Assembly: GCA_001724265.1 (NCBI GenBank)
Contig: MEDY01000268.1
Span: 44,418-64,417, forward strand
Direction: 5' to 3'
Origin: Rhizaria sp. SCN 62-66
Taxonomy: Eukaryota
Length of the DNA stretch: 20,000 bases
This document shows, in pieces, positions 15,948-20,000 of this stretch; the stretch's first letter is position 1, and every line of letters starts with the position of its first letter. The position numbers were made by a program, and so were the translations under genes. The notes below the pieces were generated by a model. The model was given only the letters and a program-made list of their open reading frames with translations, had not been told where the DNA came from and searched no databases.

Positions 15948-18190
15948 TCACTGGTAGAACGCGCTGCGCGCAGGCGCCTTAATGCCCGCGACCCGGCGCG
16001 GCGGCGCGCGCTCCAAGTACGCCAGAGTGTCGTACCACTCGCACTTGGCCGCGGCCTCTTCCGTCATTCCACGAGCACTGCCGTTCTCGCTGTTGCTATC
16101 ACTGGCAGCCTTGCAAGTGCGTGCTGCAATGCGGGCGCTGCGGGCGACGTAGGGCAGCATGGGTAGCCCGTCGGGCCCCAGTTCCTCCTTGCCCTCCGCA
16201 CTCGCACTCGCCTTCGGACTGGCACTGGCGTTACATTCAGCGCTGTTCGTGACACAACGCGCCTTGTTGACCGCGACGCCGTCGCGCATGCCAATGCTGA
16301 CGCAGTAGTGCCCCTGAATGAGGTGCCACTCCTCGAACTCGTCGAAGATCTCGATCCGCTCCGTCCGCTGCAGCACCCCCCGCTCGATGTAGTAGCCGTA
16401 CACGTCGTTCATGCTCCACGCGCCGTGCCGCGCGAAGCCCAGCTCGAGGAAGCGTCGCCGCTGCGCCTTGAGGTCCGGGTAGGCAGGCAGCCCAAGCAGC
16501 GGGCAGCCGCGCGCCGCGAGGTTGGCCATCATGGTGCGCCCGAACGGGTCGTTGGGGTGGATCTGTTCGTATGTGGCCAGCACCACGGGCCCCGTAAACG
16601 CGCCAACGACGCCCGAGCCCAGGACCGTGGCGGTGACTGGCGCGCCGTTGCTGTTGCTGGTGTCGGCGCTGGCCACGGTCGTCGTCTTGAGCACCGTCTC
16701 CGTCTCCGCGTCAGCAGCTGCGCTGTTGCTGTTGCTGTTGCTGTTGTCGGTCTCGCTCGCGCTCGCAGCCGCCGCAGCCGCTGCTGCAGCGGGAGTGGGC
16801 AGGGAGGCGACGTACGACAGCACGCCGGCGCTATCGTGCGGCTTCATGTACACGAGCACACACTCGGACAGAAACAGCGTCGGAGCCGCGAAGTTAAGCC
16901 GCGTGTGCTGAGTCAACAAAGCGTGGAGCGCGGGGATGTCGCGCAAGTCGGCGCCCACGAGCGCAAAGTCGCGCCAGCGGCCGCGCGCCGCGCCGAGCTC
17001 AGGCAACTGCGACTATGACGGTGTCGAGGAGGAGGACGACGACGACGACGATGACGAGGCAGATCCGCTACTGCATGAGTCGGCGTATGCAATGTTGAAG
17101 CAGTTGGGGTTGGGCGCGGCGAGGTGTGTCTGGAGCTCAGGCGTGGCGGCGATGATCGCGAGCTTCTGCGCCACAGACGACTCGAAGTCGATCTCGACGT
17201 AGTAGTCTGGGGTCTGCCGGGGGTCACCGGTGGCCTTGAGGCGCCAGTAGGTGGTGTCAAAGCCCGCGCCCAGAGACACAACCTGAGAAGTCAAACAAAA
17301 CAACACAACATAGCAGAACAGAAAATGGTTGTGAGAAGCGAGATGTGAGCATGTGAGAGTACAACTTATCTGATGGATGAGAAGCACTTAAACACGTGCA
17401 AGATATAAACGGTCAGTGAATGGTCAAGGTTTCGCGCTTAACGCGGGCGGCGTACCTGTGCAGGAAGCCCGTGCGCGCGCGAGACGGCGACGAACTCCTG
17501 GAGCAGCTGGTCGAGCGCCTGCACGCGGGAGAAGTACCCGCGGTTGATGAGCGGGGACCGCCGCACGAAGGCTGGCGGGAGAAGTGTCGCGGGCGCGGGC
17601 GCGGGGGCCGGCGCGGGCACAGTGGTGGCCGCGGATGAGGAGGACGACGCCGTGGCGGCGGAGCCGCCCAGGGGAGCGGGCTGGACCGGGGCGGGCTGCG
17701 CCGGGGCAGCATCAGTCTCGGGAGCGGCAGCAGAGGCAGCGGCGGGGGTTGGGGTCTGAGGTGCGCGGGGGCGGGTGTTGGGCAGCGCCGGGTGGGCAAA
17801 AAAGGTGATAAAGTCGTCCTTGAAGTAGCCCAGCTGCGCCGCGGACCTGTGGCGGGACAGCGAAACAGCGGAGCGCGTGTGACGAGATGAGCGAAGAAGC
17901 AAGGAAAGATGACGAATTGCGGCGTGACAAGAGGACAGAGAGTGAGCGCGGCCGAGGAGATATATATAAAATAGGCAAGATAACCGATGTTGACAAAAAT
18001 GATGGCTCGGCGGACATTGAAACGGTCGGCGCAGTGTGCAAGGGGAGGATTGCAAGAAGAGGGATGATGCGACTAGAGGATTGACATACAGCTTTGAGAG
18101 AATAGCATCGTTGGCGGTCTTGCGGACCTCGAGGCCAGCATTGACACCGGCAGCGGCGTCCTCCAAACCCATGGGGCCGGTGGCTTGCAT
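15948..18190 (-). CDS. LCMT1: Leucine carboxyl methyltransferase 1 (PP2A C-terminal methyltransferase; LCMT1/PPM1); exons 18190-18090, 17846-17456 and 17282-15948; 608 codons with one in-frame TAG at 17015-17013 (codon 254)
   Basis: Motifs: VRKTANDAILSKL|SAAQLGYFKDDFITFF, RRSPLINRGYFSRV, Q|VVSLGAGFDTTYWRL, YVEIDF, LVGADLRD, PTLFLSECVLVYM, YEQIHPNDPFGRTMMANL, ERIEIFDEFEEWHLIQGHYC. There is no C-terminal Kelch region, so LCMT1 rather than LCMT2/TYW4. Functional status is uncertain because of the TAG. Confidence 0.9.
17283..17455 (-). other. LCMT1 intron 2 (173 nt, phase 0)
   Basis: CAG|GTACGC donor, pyrimidine tract and TTGACTTCTCAG| acceptor; splicing restores QVVSLGAGFD. Confidence 0.9.
17847..18089 (-). 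other. LCMT1 intron 1 (243 nt, phase 2; length a multiple of 3 and stop-free)
   Basis: CT|GTATGT donor, CCCGCCACAG| acceptor and pyrimidine-rich body; splicing restores SKLSAAQLGY. Confidence 0.88.
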
Positions 18191-18505
18191 TGCAGAGCGC
18201 GCGCTGAAGACCGATGTGAGATTTGAAAGACATTACGAAGTCAAGTGGTTGGGGGACAGGGGTGGGAGTCGGTGTGAGTGAAGGGTTGCCCGAAAAGATC
18301 ATTAGAGAGAGACAGCAAGCAGTTCAAGACATATAATAGAAAGAAATTGCTTTTTATATCAGATCCCGTATTGAGTTATTTGGAAAGTCGCAGGTGACGG
18401 ATATTTAGCGAGAGTGAGCATCCGATTCTTGAACCCTCGCGCACTCACTCATCAACCACGACTGCACCTCGCCCCACGCACTTCGCTCTTTCGCTCCAGA
18501 CCGGC
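18191..18505. promoter_or_regulatory. Probable bidirectional promoter region between LCMT1 and RPC11
   Basis: Divergent ATGs are 315 bp apart, with an AT-rich core at about 18330-18380 (CATATAATA, TTTTATAT). Inferred from gene geometry only. Confidence 0.55.
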
Positions 18506-19228
18506 ATGAGTTCATTCTGTCCGCTGTGCGGCAACGGTCTTCAGATCAAGGAAGACGCTCAGCTACGTTATATCTGCCGCACGTGCCCTTATACGTGCTC
18601 TATCGTCCGCGACCAGATTTTCCCCCTCAACCTCAAGAAGAAGCAGGTTGACGATGTCCTCGGCGGCTCCGAGGCCTGGGAGAACGTCGACAAGACCCAG
18701 GGTACGCATACATGCTACAATACGTTTGTATCACCTCTGTTTTATCCCCACAGCGCGTGTGTTTATCCTCCAGTACTTATCGTGCCGACCGTTTTCCCAC
18801 TCTTTCACGCGCGCTTACTCACACTCTCTCTTTTTTTCTCTCTGTTCCCCGTTCGATGTTTTGTTGCGACTCTACAGTCACGTGCCCCAAGTGCGGCAAC
18901 CAAGAAGCCTATTTCATGCAGATTCAGACGCGCTCTGCCGACGAGGTACGCCTTTTTTGCACTCTTCCAACTCTCTCACTCTCCCATACCAACACACACG
19001 CTTGGCTTGACGCTCTTAACTAACACACGCCTCAGGACTTGACTCACTCATGTTATATCTCTATCTATACTATACTCACTTTTTCATGTTTATCTTTTAT
19101 TTCAAATTTCACCACTTGTTGTTTGTCATTCCTGCTGCCGCTATTCTCATAATCACCCACAGCCGATGACGACGTTCTACAAGTGCACCAACATGCGCGA
19201 GTGCGGCGCCCGCTGGAAGGAAGGTTAA
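18506..19228 (+). CDS. POLR3K: RNA polymerase III subunit C11 (RPC11/RPC10/POLR3K); exons 18506-18701, 18878-18945 and 19163-19228; 109 aa
   Basis: The spliced product is MSSFCPLCGNGL...CRTCPY...[64 protein letters not shown]. It has two zinc ribbons, the C11-specific VDDVLGG..AWENV segment and the TFIIS-like QTRSADEP acidic hairpin. TAA at 19226-19228. Confidence 0.96.
18702..18877 (+). other. RPC11 intron 1 (176 nt, phase 1)
   Basis: G|GTACGC donor, pyrimidine-rich body and CTCTACAG| acceptor; the frame is restored (G+TC = Val). Confidence 0.93.
18946..19162 (+). other. RPC11 intron 2 (217 nt, phase 0)
   Basis: GAG|GTACGC donor and CCCACAG| acceptor; splicing restores [10 protein letters not shown]. 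Confidence 0.93.
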
Positions 19229-20000
19229 AGCTTGGCAACAGCGCTCAAGCAAGCGTACGCCACGCCACGCAGCTTGCTTGTATTGCATTTTGCTTTTCCT
19301 CAGCCTTGCGATGGTCATTTATTGGTGACAGGTGGCCACGCGCCGCACCGCAGGCGCCACAGACAAGCGTCTCATCAGCGCGTACTGTCTTTGCGTCTGC
19401 TCTGAGGCGCTCAAGCAGCCCGGCGTCCCGTCAGTGATGTCAGACGCAGTGCGGTGCGCGCGTATGCAGTGCTAGAGCGTGGCCGATGCGCGCCGTTGCA
19501 ACCGCCGTCTTTAGCTACGTCTGCGTGTAACCGCAGTCGTTGGCCACTACTCTCATTTCCACCCCCGTAGATACCACTTGTTACTTAGTTCTCACAGCAA
19601 CCTCGGCATTCAGGACAGATGCTTGTCGTTGCTCTCTATTGTATTTCAAATACACTGTCTTATTCTTAGTCTCGTTTGTTCATGCCCGTATTCTTCTTCT
19701 TGAAAGCTTATGACTTCTCACCGCTTCCCTTGCGTCAAGAACCGATGGTTTTTCAGCAAGACACCAATGCTTACGCTGTCGTAGAACTGATTAGCATAGT
19801 TCCATAAAAAGAGGCGTACCCATCGGTCGGTGAGTGCGTTTGTCAAGCTCGCTTGTTGATATTCATTTTGATGGGAAGGCAGCGGTTCTGAAAAAAGCCA
19901 TTAAGGTAACTTTCAAAAAGTTCCGCCCCCTTTTTCGGAAAGTTTCGTCAGAAAATGTATTAAAATCAGGAATGAATCAAAACAGCAGTGAATTGAAAAA

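Noticed and set aside
17013-17015. Pyrrolysine or selenocysteine explanation for the in-frame stop in a methyltransferase
   Set aside because: The gene is eukaryotic with spliceosomal introns. LCMT1 is a SAM-dependent enzyme unrelated to Pyl-containing methylamine methyltransferases, the codon sits in a disordered linker, and Sec uses UGA.
183-17808. Dozens of long plus-strand and alternative-frame ORFs (e.g. 919..1905, 8127..9506, 11625..13061, 5684..6901)
   Set aside because: They are antisense or frame shadows of GC-rich low-complexity exons. Poly-Cys, poly-Leu and poly-Arg runs mirror CAG/GCG repeats, and no independent domain is visible.
15948-18190. LCMT2/TYW4 assignment
   Set aside because: No Kelch repeats follow the methyltransferase domain; the extra length comes from low-complexity inserts.
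1-19228. Ciliate-type code (TAA and TAG both Gln)
   Set aside because: RPC11 ends in TAA at the expected C-terminus, and all polyQ tracts use only CAG/CAA.
19320-20000. Possible snoRNA or other ncRNA in the GC-richer patch at 19320-19550, and short inverted repeats near 19908-19950
   Set aside because: No complete C/D or H/ACA box pair or tRNA fold was seen, and the 6-bp stems are expected by chance in AT-rich DNA.

Overview
Eukaryotic, probably protist, nuclear DNA. GC-rich coding exons full of Ala/Ser/Gln low-complexity tracts are separated by AT-richer spacers, and GT-AG introns of about 170-245 nt mostly start GTACG. Five genes can be modelled by hand. Four are on the minus strand: a >1200-aa low-complexity protein running off the left edge (its 2.6-kb exon is missing from the ORF track), a TMEM135-family membrane protein (2 exons), a 2354-aa single-exon RCC1-repeat protein, and leucine carboxyl methyltransferase LCMT1/PPM1 (3 exons). 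RNA polymerase III subunit RPC11/POLR3K (3 exons) is on the plus strand, head-to-head with LCMT1. Two signals stand out. (1) An in-frame TAG at 17013-17015 interrupts an otherwise intact LCMT1, and I find no plausible GT-AG intron that removes it. (2) Four LxxxLxxRP (RPEL-like, putative G-actin-binding) motifs and a KKKKK stretch precede an RCC1 propeller that is split by insertions of about 230-260 aa. No rRNA, tRNA, CRISPR array or intact mobile element was recognised.
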